Notes: a model not told the origin generated them from the sequence alone. A DNA stretch of 47,831 bases from an uncultured Zetaproteobacteria bacterium (GCA_964437065.1 CAYTFI010000002.1:1-47831), one strand, 5' to 3'. Positions 26,746 to 37,044 are shown, counted from the stretch's first letter. A program made the numbers and translations.

Positions 26746-28971
26746 TTATGTTGCGGTTTCGGGTTCCGCACTGGGGAATTTAATTGTGAATTCGGTTCCT
26801 ACCCCTTCTTCGCTTGCCAGTTCGATTGTTCCATTGTATTTCTCAATGATATTTTTTACCACGAACATGCCCATGCCTTCTCCCTCGTCCGGGCCTTTGG
26901 TGGTGAAGAAAGGATCAAATATCTTGTTCAGGTGTTCTGGCTTGATGCCCTTGCCGTTATCCTTGATGCGAATGCAGACGTGGTTCTCCTCCAGGCTGGT
27001 GGTTAAGTCCATCCGCCCCTTGCCATCCATGGCCTGAACGCCATTACGGATGATGTTGAAAAAAACCTGCCCAATCTCCTCTGGCTGAGCGAATATTCCC
27101 GGCGTTGATGCGAACTTCTGTTGGATTTCAACACAGTCATCCAACAGGGCGAGTTTTACCATGCTGACAGCATTTTCCAGCCTTTCATGCACGTCAATCG
27201 GCTCCAGTTCATCCTGATTGGCCGGGCGGGTGTATCCCGACAGGTTTTTAACGATGGCTGAAATCTCTTTGCCGTATTTGAGAATATCGGCGCCGTATTC
27301 ATGGCAGGCCTCTATGTCCTTTTCTTCGTGAATAGCTTCCGCCAGTCCGGCAATAACATAGAGCGGGTTGTTGATTTCATGGCCGATGCCGCTGGCCAGC
27401 GTGCCGACTGCCGCCATTTTTTCGTTCTGAATCATTTGCTCCATCATCTGTTCTTTTTCGGCCTGACTCTTTCTTAGCTCCTCTTCTTTTTGCTTGCGTT
27501 CGGTAATGTCGCGAATAATACCGGTGAAGAACCGGCCATCGCTGGCTTCCCATTGCGCCAGCGAAAGTTCAAGAGGGAATTCGCTGCCGTCCTTATGCAA
27601 CCCGGCAAGCTCGACGGTTTTGCCTATCACATGCGCAACTCCGCCAGCCGCCACTCTGGCCAGGCCGTCTCTATGCTCGTCACGAAATCGCTCCGGCATC
27701 AACACCGTCAGAGGCTGATCCTTGATTTCGGACTCGCTATAGCCGAACAACTTTTCCGCAGCAGCGTTCCAGCCCATGATGTTGCCGCTCTCATCACCAG
27801 AGATGATGGCGTCTTTGGCCGATTCCATGACCGCACGGAAATGCCGCTCGCTTCCCGTTAATTTATCTTCCAGAGCGCCTATGTGCTGGCGCAGCTGCAC
27901 CCGCATCTTCTCAAACTCGCTGGCAAGTTCCTCGATTTCATCGCCTGTTTCGATAGCCAAAGGCCGGCTCAGGTCCCCGGCTGCGATAAGGCTTGCCTCC
28001 TGACGAAGTCTCTGGATGGGCCTGACAATCTGACCGCTGGCATAAAAGCCCAGAGCGACAAGAAGGGCGATGGCAAGGACGCCTGCAATTGCCACGCCGG
28101 CGAACAGGCTCCTGGTCGGGGCGAAAATCTCACTGGAATCCTGCCAGACAAACATGTGCAGTGATTCGCCCGAGTGAAAAAATGCATTGGCTCCGGACAG
28201 CGGGGCATGGCCGATAATGGAAAATGCAGCCTCGCCATGCCCGTCGTTATTGGCGGTGATCCAGCCTGCCTCGCCGCCAATAAGGCGTTTAACCATGGAA
28301 GCGTCTGAGATATGGTCGCCGGTGTTCAGCATCGGGCAGCTGACAATTGCGCCAACATGATCAATGAGCATTGCATGCCCTGTTTCGCCGAATCGGATGG
28401 GATAAACAAGAGGGTCAAACAACGCCTTGATATTGTATTCACGCTGTAGCCAGCCGATGGGCTCGCCTTTGCCGGCGTTATAAATCGGAGTTGATATATG
28501 AAGCAGGTACAGCTCGGACGCACTGTCCTGACTCAGGCCCGACAGATAGATTGCAGCCCCGTCGGAGGCGCGGGTAGCGGGCTGAGCAACGTCTGTCACC
28601 CATGAGGCGTGCAGTATTCCTTCCCCCGCCGGTTTTTTTTCGGCTGCCGGTCGCCAGTCGAATCGGGTTGCGGCTGTATCCCCATGTTGATGTTTGTGGC
28701 CGAGAAGCCTTTTCCGCACGGTGGAATCCGACGCCGCCTGTTGCGCCATTGTGCGAGCCTCGGTGATCATTTGTGCAAGCTTCTCATCCACTTTGGACGC
28801 GCTGACTTCAGCCAGTGTGCGGAAGCTTGAGCCGATCACATTCTGCAACTCGCTGTTGCCTCGGTAATAGCTGGCCGACAGGCCCACGACAAGGGGGAGC
28901 GCGCCGGCGACAAGAATGGCCAGAATCAGCTTTTTTGATAAACCGGGGTTGCGTTTTTCAGATTGAGACAT
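26746..28971 (-). CDS. Sensor histidine kinase (periplasmic Cache-like - HAMP - PAS - HisKA - HATPase)
   Basis: Two TM helices; HAMP motif GDEIEELA; PAS with LMPERFRDEH; H-box GHEINNPL; N-box NIIRNG, DNGKG and PFFTTK. Confidence 0.92.
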   Translation of the reverse strand: MSQSEKRNPGLSKKLILAILVAGALPLVVGLSASYYRGNSELQNVIGSSFRTLAEVSASKVDEKLAQMITEARTMAQQAASDSTVRKRLLGHKHQHGDTAATRFDWRPAAEKKPAGEGILHASWVTDVAQPATRASDGAAIYLSGLSQDSASELYLLHISTPIYNAGKGEPIGWLQREYNIKALFDPLVYPIRFGETGHAMLIDHVGAIVSCPMLNTGDHISDASMVKRLIGGEAGWITANNDGHGEAAFSIIGHAPLSGANAFFHSGESLHMFVWQDSSEIFAPTRSLFAGVAIAGVLAIALLVALGFYASGQIVRPIQRLRQEASLIAAGDLSRPLAIETGDEIEELASEFEKMRVQLRQHIGALEDKLTGSERHFRAVMESAKDAIISGDESGNIMGWNAAAEKLFGYSESEIKDQPLTVLMPERFRDEHRDGLARVAAGGVAHVIGKTVELAGLHKDGSEFPLELSLAQWEASDGRFFTGIIRDITERKQKEEELRKSQAEKEQMMEQMIQNEKMAAVGTLASGIGHEINNPLYVIAGLAEAIHEEKDIEACHEYGADILKYGKEISAIVKNLSGYTRPANQDELEPIDVHERLENAVSMVKLALLDDCVEIQQKFASTPGIFAQPEEIGQVFFNIIRNGVQAMDGKGRMDLTTSLEENHVCIRIKDNGKGIKPEHLNKIFDPFFTTKGPDEGEGMGMFVVKNIIEKYNGTIELASEEGVGTEFTIKFPSAEPETAT

Positions 28972-29223
28972 TGAACATATCCTCTACCATATTTACAAGT
29001 TTTGGGTTGCATTTTAAATTTTCATGTTTCAGCATTCGCTCTTGTAAGGGGCGCCAGGGAAACCGTGACTGGATCCTTGACGAAGTGCATCAACTCTGCT
29101 GAACAGGCAGCATTTTTTTTGCCTGAAATATCCAGCATTGCTTGAAGTCGCTGGGGTTGGATGATGTGACATGCCTGCATCATCAATCATACACAAGACT
29201 AATTGGCAGGTAGATATATATCA

Positions 29224-30159
29224 ATGATTAAAGTTGAACATTTAACCAAGGATTATGGTGAGTTTCGTGCCATTGATGACATAAGTTTCACGGTTGAGAA
29301 GGGTGAAATACTCGGCTTGTTAGGGCCCAATGGCGCAGGGAAGACCACCATCATGCGCATGCTGACCTGTTTTTTTCCGCCCACAAAAGGAAAGCTTGTT
29401 GTTTCCGGCTACAACTGTTTTGAGGAATCATTGAAGGTGCGAGAAAAAATCGGTTACCTGCCTGAAAGGGTGCCGCTTTACGAGGATATGATCGTATCCG
29501 ACTATCTCGGATTTGTAGCGCGAATCAAGGGAATGCCGGGCAAGGAAGTGAAGGAAAAAATAGCTCAGGTTATTGCTGATTGCGGCCTTGAAAGTGTTGC
29601 CAATAAGTTGATCAGAGCCATATCCAGAGGCTATAGACAGAGAGTCGGTATAGCGCAGGCGCTGGTCAACGATCCGGAAGTGTTGATTCTTGACGAGCCC
29701 ACTGTAGGACTTGACCCCAAACAGATCATCGGCATCAGGGAACTGATCAAGGGCCTGGCGGGCAGGCACACGGTTATTCTCAGCACCCATATCCTGTCGG
29801 AAGTCAGCATCCTCTGTGACAGGGTTCTCATCATCAACAAGGGCAAGGTGGCGGCGGTTGACAGTCTGGATCACCTCAGTGCTGACAGTTCACACAAAAT
29901 GTTTTTGCGACTCAATGGCGATTTACAGGAGATCGAGCAGCAGCTTGCTGCGCTTGAGGGGGTCGCCGGCGTTGAAAAAGAGCAGGAGTTTTCATTGCAG
30001 GAAGGAGGGTTTACCATCACCTTTGATGATGAAAAGCGTGGTAAAAAGGCTATTAATTCCAGCATTGAGAGCAAAGGCTGGGGCCTGGTGGAAATGCGAC
30101 CGGTAGAGGTGAGCCTTGAGGACATATTTATCAAGCTGGTGTCAAAGGAAGGATCATGA
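29224..30159 (+). CDS. ABC-2 type transporter ATP-binding subunit (GldA-like)
   Basis: Walker A GPNGAGKTT, signature ISRGYRQR, Walker B LILDEPT, H-loop STH. Confidence 0.92.
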   Translation: MIKVEHLTKDYGEFRAIDDISFTVEKGEILGLLGPNGAGKTTIMRMLTCFFPPTKGKLVVSGYNCFEESLKVREKIGYLPERVPLYEDMIVSDYLGFVARIKGMPGKEVKEKIAQVIADCGLESVANKLIRAISRGYRQRVGIAQALVNDPEVLILDEPTVGLDPKQIIGIRELIKGLAGRHTVILSTHILSEVSILCDRVLIINKGKVAAVDSLDHLSADSSHKMFLRLNGDLQEIEQQLAALEGVAGVEKEQEFSLQEGGFTITFDDEKRGKKAINSSIESKGWGLVEMRPVEVSLEDIFIKLVSKEGS

Positions 30160-30938
30160 ATATCAGAAATATCAGCCTTATTTATCAGCGGGAGTTGAAA
30201 GCCTATTTCAGTTCCCTGACCGCCTATGTGGTGATTATCATGTTTCTGCTCATCACCGGGTATTTTTTCTATACGATGCTTGCGACATTCTCAGTGGTAA
30301 GCTTTCAGGCCCAGACCGACCCTATGCTGGCCAAGCAGTATCAGCTGTTGAATATCAATGAGACGGTGGTCAGACCGCTGTTTGGCAGCATCAGTATTAT
30401 TATGCTGTTGATGACTCCGCTGTTAACCATGCGCCTGTTTGCCGAGGAGAAAAAGTCGGGCACTATCGAATTGCTGCTAACCTTCCCGATTGACGATGTA
30501 GATGTGACGCTGGGTAAATATATGGCCTGTTTTACCGTGTTAATGACCATGCTGTCGCTTACAGCGACTTATCCGGCGCTGCTTATTATTCTTGGAGAGC
30601 CCGAGATAAAACCCATGCTCACCGGCTATCTTGGCCTTGTCTGCATGGGGGGCGCATTTGTCGCCCTGGGCATTTTTACATCTTCTTTAACGGAGAATCA
30701 GATCGTTTCGGCTTCGATATCCTTTGGCATGCTGTTCTTTTTCTGGCTGATCAGCTATTCGGTGCAACTTGTATCCGGAGGTCTGGGCCGGATTCTTCGT
30801 TATCTTTCCATCAATGAACATATCGGAAGTCTGTCGAAGGGCGTGATTGATTCGGAGGATATTATTTATTATCTTTGTTTCATCGTGATGTTTTTGTTTC
30901 TCACTCTGAGAAGCCTTGAAGCGAACAGGTGGCGATAA
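30156..30938 (+). CDS. ABC-2 permease (GldF-like)
   Basis: RELKAYF, MRLFAEEKKSGTIELLLT.P and SSLTENQIVS motifs; 6 TM helices. Confidence 0.9.
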   Translation: MNIRNISLIYQRELKAYFSSLTAYVVIIMFLLITGYFFYTMLATFSVVSFQAQTDPMLAKQYQLLNINETVVRPLFGSISIIMLLMTPLLTMRLFAEEKKSGTIELLLTFPIDDVDVTLGKYMACFTVLMTMLSLTATYPALLIILGEPEIKPMLTGYLGLVCMGGAFVALGIFTSSLTENQIVSASISFGMLFFFWLISYSVQLVSGGLGRILRYLSINEHIGSLSKGVIDSEDIIYYLCFIVMFLFLTLRSLEANRWR

Positions 30939-32497
30939 TGAAAGCTAAAGGATTGTTCGTACCATTGGGCCTGCTGGCCCTTGTCTTAATGCTTGCAGGC
31001 GGAATCACCTATTCGGTCAGTGGAGAAATGGGTACGGTTGCTGTAACGCTGATCTGGGTTGGCCTGCTTATTCTGTTACTTTTTTTCTATATTTACTTCC
31101 CTGAAATCAGAGATTTCATCACCAGACGCTCCACCAAATACGCCTTTAATACTGCGATCATGAGTCTGGTGTTCGCCCTGATCATCGGCATGGTCGCTAT
31201 CATGTCGATCAAATACAAGGTCAGGGTCGATTTGACCAAGGATGCTCGCTACACCTTGTCGGATCAGACTATTAAGATTATAAAATCCCTTAAAAAGGAT
31301 ATGGAAGCGATTGCCTTTTACCGCAGTGATGAAAGAACGAGGCAGGCAATGTACGACCAGTTGCAGGAATATTCGTATTACTCGCCCAAATTTAATTTTC
31401 GTTTTGTTGATCCGGACAGAAGTCCGACGGAAGCGGTAAAATATAAAATCTCCTCCTATCGAACCACCTTGCTTAGATATGACGGCAAGGAAGAGATTAT
31501 TGGCACCGAGTCAGAAAACAGAATGACCAATGCCATGATCAGGCTTTTGAGCGACAAGAAAAAGATTATCTATTTCACCAAGGGACATGGTGAAAAGCGC
31601 ATTGATAGCAAAGCAGGCGATGGCTATAACCTGGTTGTCGAGGCCATCAAAAGAGAAAATCATGAGGTGCGCGACCTGCTTCTGATGAAAGCGGAAAAGG
31701 TGCCGGAAGACGCAGCAGTTCTGGTGGTCAGCGGCCCGGGAACAAACTTTCTGAAATCCGAGCTGAGCAAGATCAGCGATTTTATTAAGCAGGGCGGACG
31801 CGTTCTGTTCATGCTTGATCCCGGAGGCGCCAACGGGCTGATGGAATATCTTGGCCAATATGGCTTTGAAGTCTCCAATGATCTTATTATTGATAAAATG
31901 AGTCAGGTCTATGGGGCAAATTATCTGACACCGGTGGTAGTGCAATATCATGCCGATCATCCCATTACGCGCGGATTTGAACTGGCTACCTTTTTCCCGG
32001 CTGCGCGTTCGGTTTTTATCAAGGAAGAGCTGCCCAAGGGCAGGTATGTTCTTGCCAAAACAAGCGACAAGAGCTGGGCGGTCACCGGCGAACTGACCGA
32101 AGAACAGCTCACATTTAATCCTGACAAACATGAGCGCGGCCCCATAAGCCTGGCTGCGGTGGCGGCGGTCGAGGTGGTGATGGAGGACAAGAAAACAGCC
32201 GCCGGTGAAGAAAATATGAAAAAATGGGGCAAAATTGTTGTCGTCGGGGATTCTGATTTTGTCAGTAATACGCATTTAAAGCTGGCCGGCAATAAAGACT
32301 TTTTCCTCAATACGCTGAACTGGCTGGCGGAGGAAAATATATTGATCTCGGTGCGCAGGAGAGAGCCCGGGTTAACGCCTCTGATGATGACTGCCGCCCA
32401 GGGCAAGCTTGTGTTCTGGCTTTCCATGGTCATTGTGCCGTCGCTGGTGCTGGTTGTCGGTATTGGCGTGACCGCCAGAAGAAGGCGGAGTGCGTGA
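30938..32497 (+). CDS. GldG-like ABC transporter auxiliary component
   Basis: DLTK..RYTLS.QT, YFTKGHGE, VVGDSDF and N.LNWL motifs. Confidence 0.88.
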   Translation: MKAKGLFVPLGLLALVLMLAGGITYSVSGEMGTVAVTLIWVGLLILLLFFYIYFPEIRDFITRRSTKYAFNTAIMSLVFALIIGMVAIMSIKYKVRVDLTKDARYTLSDQTIKIIKSLKKDMEAIAFYRSDERTRQAMYDQLQEYSYYSPKFNFRFVDPDRSPTEAVKYKISSYRTTLLRYDGKEEIIGTESENRMTNAMIRLLSDKKKIIYFTKGHGEKRIDSKAGDGYNLVVEAIKRENHEVRDLLLMKAEKVPEDAAVLVVSGPGTNFLKSELSKISDFIKQGGRVLFMLDPGGANGLMEYLGQYGFEVSNDLIIDKMSQVYGANYLTPVVVQYHADHPITRGFELATFFPAARSVFIKEELPKGRYVLAKTSDKSWAVTGELTEEQLTFNPDKHERGPISLAAVAAVEVVMEDKKTAAGEENMKKWGKIVVVGDSDFVSNTHLKLAGNKDFFLNTLNWLAEENILISVRRREPGLTPLMMTAAQGKLVFWLSMVIVPSLVLVVGIGVTARRRRSA

Positions 32498-33444
32498 ATT
32501 TTACCAAAAAAACACTATTCTGGGTTATCATACTTATTTCACTTGCCGGTTCATTCTATTTTTTCGACAAGAAGGAAGAGGCGAATAAGAAACGTATAGA
32601 GGCCAGCCTGAGACTGCTTCCGTTTACTGTGGATGGCCTGTCAGAGTTCACCATCAATAATATCAAGGAAGGCCGCCGGATTAAGGCGGTTCACGATAAG
32701 GATGACTGGCAACTGGTGGAGCCCCTGATGGCAAAAGGGGACAAGGAGGCGATAGAAAAGTTTTTGGAGATCATCGTCACCGCCAGAAAAGATGCCGTGT
32801 TGTTTAGCCAGCCCAAACCGGAAAAATTAAAAGAGCTTGGTCTGGATGACCCCAAAATTGAAATGAGCCTGAAATCAGACGACAAGGAAATTGTGATAGT
32901 TTTCGGTGACAAGGGACCCACCCTGAATGTCTCCTACGCCATGTTCAAGGGGCGTCCTGAAGTATATCGAGTGCATTCAGATCTCAAGGCGGAAGCCAGC
33001 GCGGATGTCTTTTCTTTCCGCGATAAAACCATCCTTGATTTTGACCCGATAAAATTGAGCCGGCTTGAAATTGAGCGCAGGAATGCTCCGACGACAGTGA
33101 TTGAGAATACAAATGGAAGATGGAATATGCTTCAGCCCGTGGTGGGCAATGCCTCTCAGGAAAAAGTGCTGGAGTCGATGTTTGCTATAAAAAATGGAGC
33201 GGTAAAGGCATTTATTGAAGAGAAGCCGTCCGATCTTTCCACCTATGGCCTGACTTCGCCCAAGCTTGTAGTGACCATCTATCTAAAGAAAGAGAAACAA
33301 CCGTATAAGCTTGTTATTGGCAAAAAAGACAGGGCGAGGCGAGGCTATTTCGCCACAACCAATCGGGTTGAAAGAGTATTCGATGTCGAAGAGTCCCTGG
33401 TCAAAACCATTCTACAGAATATGGATAAATTGCTGGAAAAGTAA
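32494..33444 (+). CDS. DUF4340-like periplasmic protein
   Basis: N-terminal TM helix; two repeats of W....P...(L/Y)GL..P; typical fourth gene of Gld-like ABC operons. Confidence 0.75.
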   Translation: MNFTKKTLFWVIILISLAGSFYFFDKKEEANKKRIEASLRLLPFTVDGLSEFTINNIKEGRRIKAVHDKDDWQLVEPLMAKGDKEAIEKFLEIIVTARKDAVLFSQPKPEKLKELGLDDPKIEMSLKSDDKEIVIVFGDKGPTLNVSYAMFKGRPEVYRVHSDLKAEASADVFSFRDKTILDFDPIKLSRLEIERRNAPTTVIENTNGRWNMLQPVVGNASQEKVLESMFAIKNGAVKAFIEEKPSDLSTYGLTSPKLVVTIYLKKEKQPYKLVIGKKDRARRGYFATTNRVERVFDVEESLVKTILQNMDKLLEK

Positions 33445-33471
33445 TCACCTGGCTCTGAGCCGCCTTTGATT

Positions 33472-33564
33472 TTAACATGAAACAAACAACGCGCCTGCCT
33501 GTGCGTGAACGCACGCAGACAGAGGCCTGCATGATCACGGGGTGGAAAAATCCATGCGCGTTAA
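33472..33564. repeat. Family B repeat copy 2 with nested small palindrome
   Basis: TTAACATGAAACAAACAACGCGCCTGC...GGAAAAATCCATGCGCGTTAA; the interior holds CTGTGCGTGAACGCACGCAG instead of the sequence in copy 1. Confidence 0.75.
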
Positions 33565-33770
33565 GGCCAAAGGGCAATGTCGCGCAGAGGAAAATCCAGA
33601 CAATACAAAGCCCTGTCTCTCTTGACGTCCTTGCGCCCTGGTTTGAGCCGTCTTTGCCCAAAACGTATCCGGCGTGCATAGTTTGCGTTTCAGGATGCTG
33701 AAAAAGCATTAGCAAACCGTTTTCAGATTTTTTTCAATGCACGTGTTTCGCAAGCGGCGTAAAGGAGTCA

Positions 33771-34373
33771 ATGATGGTTATTCAGATGTGTGACAAGATT
33801 GAAAAAGGGCGATCAGTTTTTCATTATGCGATGTTTGCCTGGCTTGGCGCATGCCTGTTAGCAGGCGTCGCCAGTGCAGCGGAAGGCTCGTTGTCAGAAC
33901 GCTATGCCATGGTGGTTGATCCCGCCGCGAAGCAGCGTTTGGGTGCAAAGACCTATGATGAAGTGATGGAATTTTTCCACGCGGCTGAAATGGCTATTGA
34001 AACAAAAGACTTAAGAGGGCTTATGGCGCTCTATTCAGATGATTACAGCAATGGTAATCACAATAAAAAGTCGATTGAACAGATATGGGCGAGAATATTT
34101 TCCACATTTGAGACGTTGGCGACGCACCATAGCATGAAACTTACGAATATAACGGCGACAAAAAGAGAGGCGGCTAGCAATACGGTCGTTTTTAATTGCA
34201 GTGGAGTTTTGCTGGGGGAGCATGATCCTGAAAAAGGGGTTCTGGTCATTGACAGCTGGATTTCGCAGGATCATGTTCTGGTCAGGGAAGCGGGGAAATG
34301 GAGGCTTATTGGCTCCTATGGGAAAGATCGCGCACGCTTATGGTTTGATAAGCCGATGCATCCGCTTTTTTAA
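33771..34373 (+). CDS. Exported hypothetical protein, SnoaL/NTF2-like fold suspected
   Basis: AAGGAG RBS; signal-like segment; A.E.KDL..LM.LYSDDY and G.WRL patterns. Confidence 0.7.
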   Translation: MMVIQMCDKIEKGRSVFHYAMFAWLGACLLAGVASAAEGSLSERYAMVVDPAAKQRLGAKTYDEVMEFFHAAEMAIETKDLRGLMALYSDDYSNGNHNKKSIEQIWARIFSTFETLATHHSMKLTNITATKREAASNTVVFNCSGVLLGEHDPEKGVLVIDSWISQDHVLVREAGKWRLIGSYGKDRARLWFDKPMHPLF

Positions 34374-34509
34374 CATGAAACAAATAACGCGGTTGCATGA
34401 TTTTTTCCGCTCTGTGATTGATTGGACTATCGCGCCTTGTGAAGCAACACCCATTGCTTAACAAAGCTTGCTTATCGCGGGGTGGAAAAAATCCATGCGC
34501 GTTAACATG
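34370..34509. repeat. Family B repeat copy 3 (supplies stop codon of upstream gene)
   Basis: TTAACATGAAACAAATAACGCGGTTGCATGATTTTTTCCGCTCTGTGA...GGAAAAAATCCATGCGCGTTAACATG. Confidence 0.75.
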
Positions 34510-34536
34510 GAACAAGTCCATGTGCGTTAAGGAGAT

Positions 34537-35805
34537 ATGACTATGAAAAAGATACTCAGTTTTTTTTTGGCGGCGCTTGTGGTCGCCCTGCTTGCTGGCT
34601 GTTCTGATTCAGGCGATCAGCAGGCGCAGAGCAAGGCGTCCGAACCTGAAATAGACAGGGCGGCTGTGATGAAAAAAGTGTTACATGACGCTGAGGTGTA
34701 CGCCAAACAGGAAGAGGAGAGGCGGCAGAAACAACTTGCAGATGAAGAGCGGCCCCTGATTATCGGCGTGGTCGGCCCGGAAACAGGTGATCAGTCGAGA
34801 TATGGAATGAGCGTCGTGAACGGCGTTCTGGCGGCGGCCAAGCGGTTCAATGCGAATGGCGGAATAGACGGCAAGAAAATTCAGGTGCTGCACTATGATG
34901 ATAAAAGTGATATGGGAAATGCGAGTAAGATTGTATCGTATTTCATCGCTCAACGGGCCATCGCGATCATTTCGGCCCCGACAGGCTCATCGACCTTTTC
35001 CCCCATCCATCTGATCAATGATTCCAAAACGATATTTGTTTCTGTCGGGTCGAGGCGGAAAATCGAGAAAAGCGGCCCGTTTGTATTTCGCAGCGCTGTT
35101 CCTGATGAAATAGCGACTTACGATCTGATTAAATACGTAAGCGACAAATTGGGCTATGTGAATTATGCTTTGGTGACTGATTCGTTTCATCCGTTTTCTC
35201 TGGATTTGAGTTCATTGTTCAAGAAGGCGGTCTATAAGCATCACGGCGCCATCAAGGTCGAGGCCGATCTCTATGACACCTTCACACAAAAAAAAGATGT
35301 AGGAGCAGTCATAAAAGCGATCAGGGAAAGCCCTGATACAATGCATGGGTTGATCTATACGGGTGATGCCAGTGAAGGCGCGCACCTTGCAGAGGAGTTG
35401 AAAAAAGCAGGGATTACGTTGCCCATCATCGGTGGCGAAGACCTTTCCTCTCTTGACTATCTGGAGGGCGGCGAGGCGACGAAAGGAACGCTTCTGTATT
35501 CAACGATCTCTTCGGATGGGCAATCGGCAAAAATAGCTGAATTTACGGAAGACTATGGCAAGGAAACGCCGGACAGATTTGCTGCTCTGGCCTATGACAC
35601 GTTCATGCTGCTTGGCGATGCGATCAGGATCGCAGGCTCAACGAATACTACCAGGGTTAAAGATGCGTTAATTAACCGGAAAGAATGCGAAGGCGTTACA
35701 GGAAAAACAAGTTTCAGCGCAGAAGGTTCGCCGATAAAACATCCCCTTATCTGCAAAATTAAAAAAGGAAAAAACGGCGCCAGTGTTGTTGTGTTGAAAC
35801 AATAA
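34537..35805 (+). CDS. LivK-like (periplasmic binding protein type 1) lipoprotein
   Basis: Lipobox LAGC; IGVVGPETG, N.NGGIDGKKI...YDDK, ALAYD and GVTG.TSF motifs; no cognate permease adjacent. Confidence 0.85.
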   Translation: MTMKKILSFFLAALVVALLAGCSDSGDQQAQSKASEPEIDRAAVMKKVLHDAEVYAKQEEERRQKQLADEERPLIIGVVGPETGDQSRYGMSVVNGVLAAAKRFNANGGIDGKKIQVLHYDDKSDMGNASKIVSYFIAQRAIAIISAPTGSSTFSPIHLINDSKTIFVSVGSRRKIEKSGPFVFRSAVPDEIATYDLIKYVSDKLGYVNYALVTDSFHPFSLDLSSLFKKAVYKHHGAIKVEADLYDTFTQKKDVGAVIKAIRESPDTMHGLIYTGDASEGAHLAEELKKAGITLPIIGGEDLSSLDYLEGGEATKGTLLYSTISSDGQSAKIAEFTEDYGKETPDRFAALAYDTFMLLGDAIRIAGSTNTTRVKDALINRKECEGVTGKTSFSAEGSPIKHPLICKIKKGKNGASVVVLKQ

Positions 35806-35832
35806 CGCGATTATCAGGCCAAAAAAGCAATG

Positions 35833-35899
35833 ACGCGCAAAGCCGCAAAGGACAATATGGAAAACGGAAAGCCCTGTTTTTCATGGCGTCTTTGCGTGA
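35833..35899. repeat. REP-like imperfect palindrome (family C)
   Basis: ACGCGCAAAGCCGCAAAG...GGCGTCTTTGCGTGA. Confidence 0.45.
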
Positions 35900-36127
35900 T
35901 ATGCCTTTGACTTTAAGGGCCGGGGAGCGCTGGCATGCGGTGGAACCAGACTGGCGAAAAGCATGCTTTTTTCCTGTTATTGGGTGCATTTCCGGTAACA
36001 GGGGCGGCTGCGAGCAGGGCAGTCTGGACACTACGCTGCATGAGTCGGGAAAAGCGTAATTTTTCCCCTTGCAAATAATCGGCATATTTCTGATAATCGG
36101 GGAAATTCTGGACAAGGAGACTGGCAT

Positions 36128-36826
36128 ATGAAAAAGCAGCGTTTGGGGAACATGGTAACTGCGGGAATTCTGGCTCTGTCGCTGCTGCCGCTGGCTGCAA
36201 ATGCGGCTGAGGGCGGCGCAATAAATACGGGGAAATCAATAAACTATTCTGAAATGGTGACGGTTCCTGCCGGCAAATTCATTGCCGGAAAAATCTATGC
36301 AAAGCAGGAAGTCACTTTGCCTGCCTTTCAGATCGACAAATATGAAGTGACCAATGAACAGTATGCCAAGGTGGCCAAGGTGCATACAGGCCACGAATAT
36401 TCCTCTGATGAAGCGCATCAGCCTGCGGTGTTTGTTTCACAGGTTGAGGCCGAGGCCTATTGCAAAGCAGTGGGTAAACGGCTTCCCAGTGGAAATGAAT
36501 GGGAAAAGGCGGCGAGAGGCACCGATGGCAGGCTTTATCCATGGGGCAATGACTATGATGAGTCCGCTGTCGTAAGCAAAGAAACAGCAGAAGGGAAGGT
36601 TGCAGAAGTAGGCACGCGCGAAAAAGGAAAAAGCCCATACGGCGCCATGGATATGGCCGGCAACGTGTGGGAATGGACCACCGATTATGATGGCCGTTAC
36701 GTTATCCTCAGGGGCGGGTCATTTTATGAGGAGGCGTGGGCGTCAACGGTGCTTAGTACGCTGACAAGCATTCCCGAGGATGGTAAAAAGTATACGGGCT
36801 TCCGTTGTGTCAGGGATATCAAATAG
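36128..36826 (+). CDS. FGE-sulfatase/SUMF1 domain protein (NirV-like), exported
   Basis: Signal peptide; IDKYEVTN, RLPS..EWEKAARG, YPWG, DMAGNVWEW, RGGS and GFRC; no catalytic FGE Cys pair after RGGS. Confidence 0.88.
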   Translation: MKKQRLGNMVTAGILALSLLPLAANAAEGGAINTGKSINYSEMVTVPAGKFIAGKIYAKQEVTLPAFQIDKYEVTNEQYAKVAKVHTGHEYSSDEAHQPAVFVSQVEAEAYCKAVGKRLPSGNEWEKAARGTDGRLYPWGNDYDESAVVSKETAEGKVAEVGTREKGKSPYGAMDMAGNVWEWTTDYDGRYVILRGGSFYEEAWASTVLSTLTSIPEDGKKYTGFRCVRDIK

Positions 36827-37044
36827 AGCGCAACTGCCTGGCGCTGGCCGGCATAGCTGCAAATAGTTTGTTAGCAAGGTTCAGAATATGCATAAGCAAT
36901 CTGGTGTGAGTAGTCTCTGCTGCAAGAAGCTCTAATAGTAGAATCAATCTGTCAATTATCGCTTCCAGGAGTTGTTTCGGATAAGCCGGAGTCTTCTATC
37001 CGATGGGCGCTGGTGGCACGGCAAGGTTTGAAGGGGTATTTTTC

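Noticed and set aside
29077-29093. Possible FNR box TTGAC-GAAGTGC-ATCAA
   Set aside because: Half-site spacing is 7 nt rather than 4.
29224-33444. Gliding motility locus (gldAFG)
   Set aside because: No other gliding or T9SS genes are present, and this ABC family is widespread in non-gliding bacteria.
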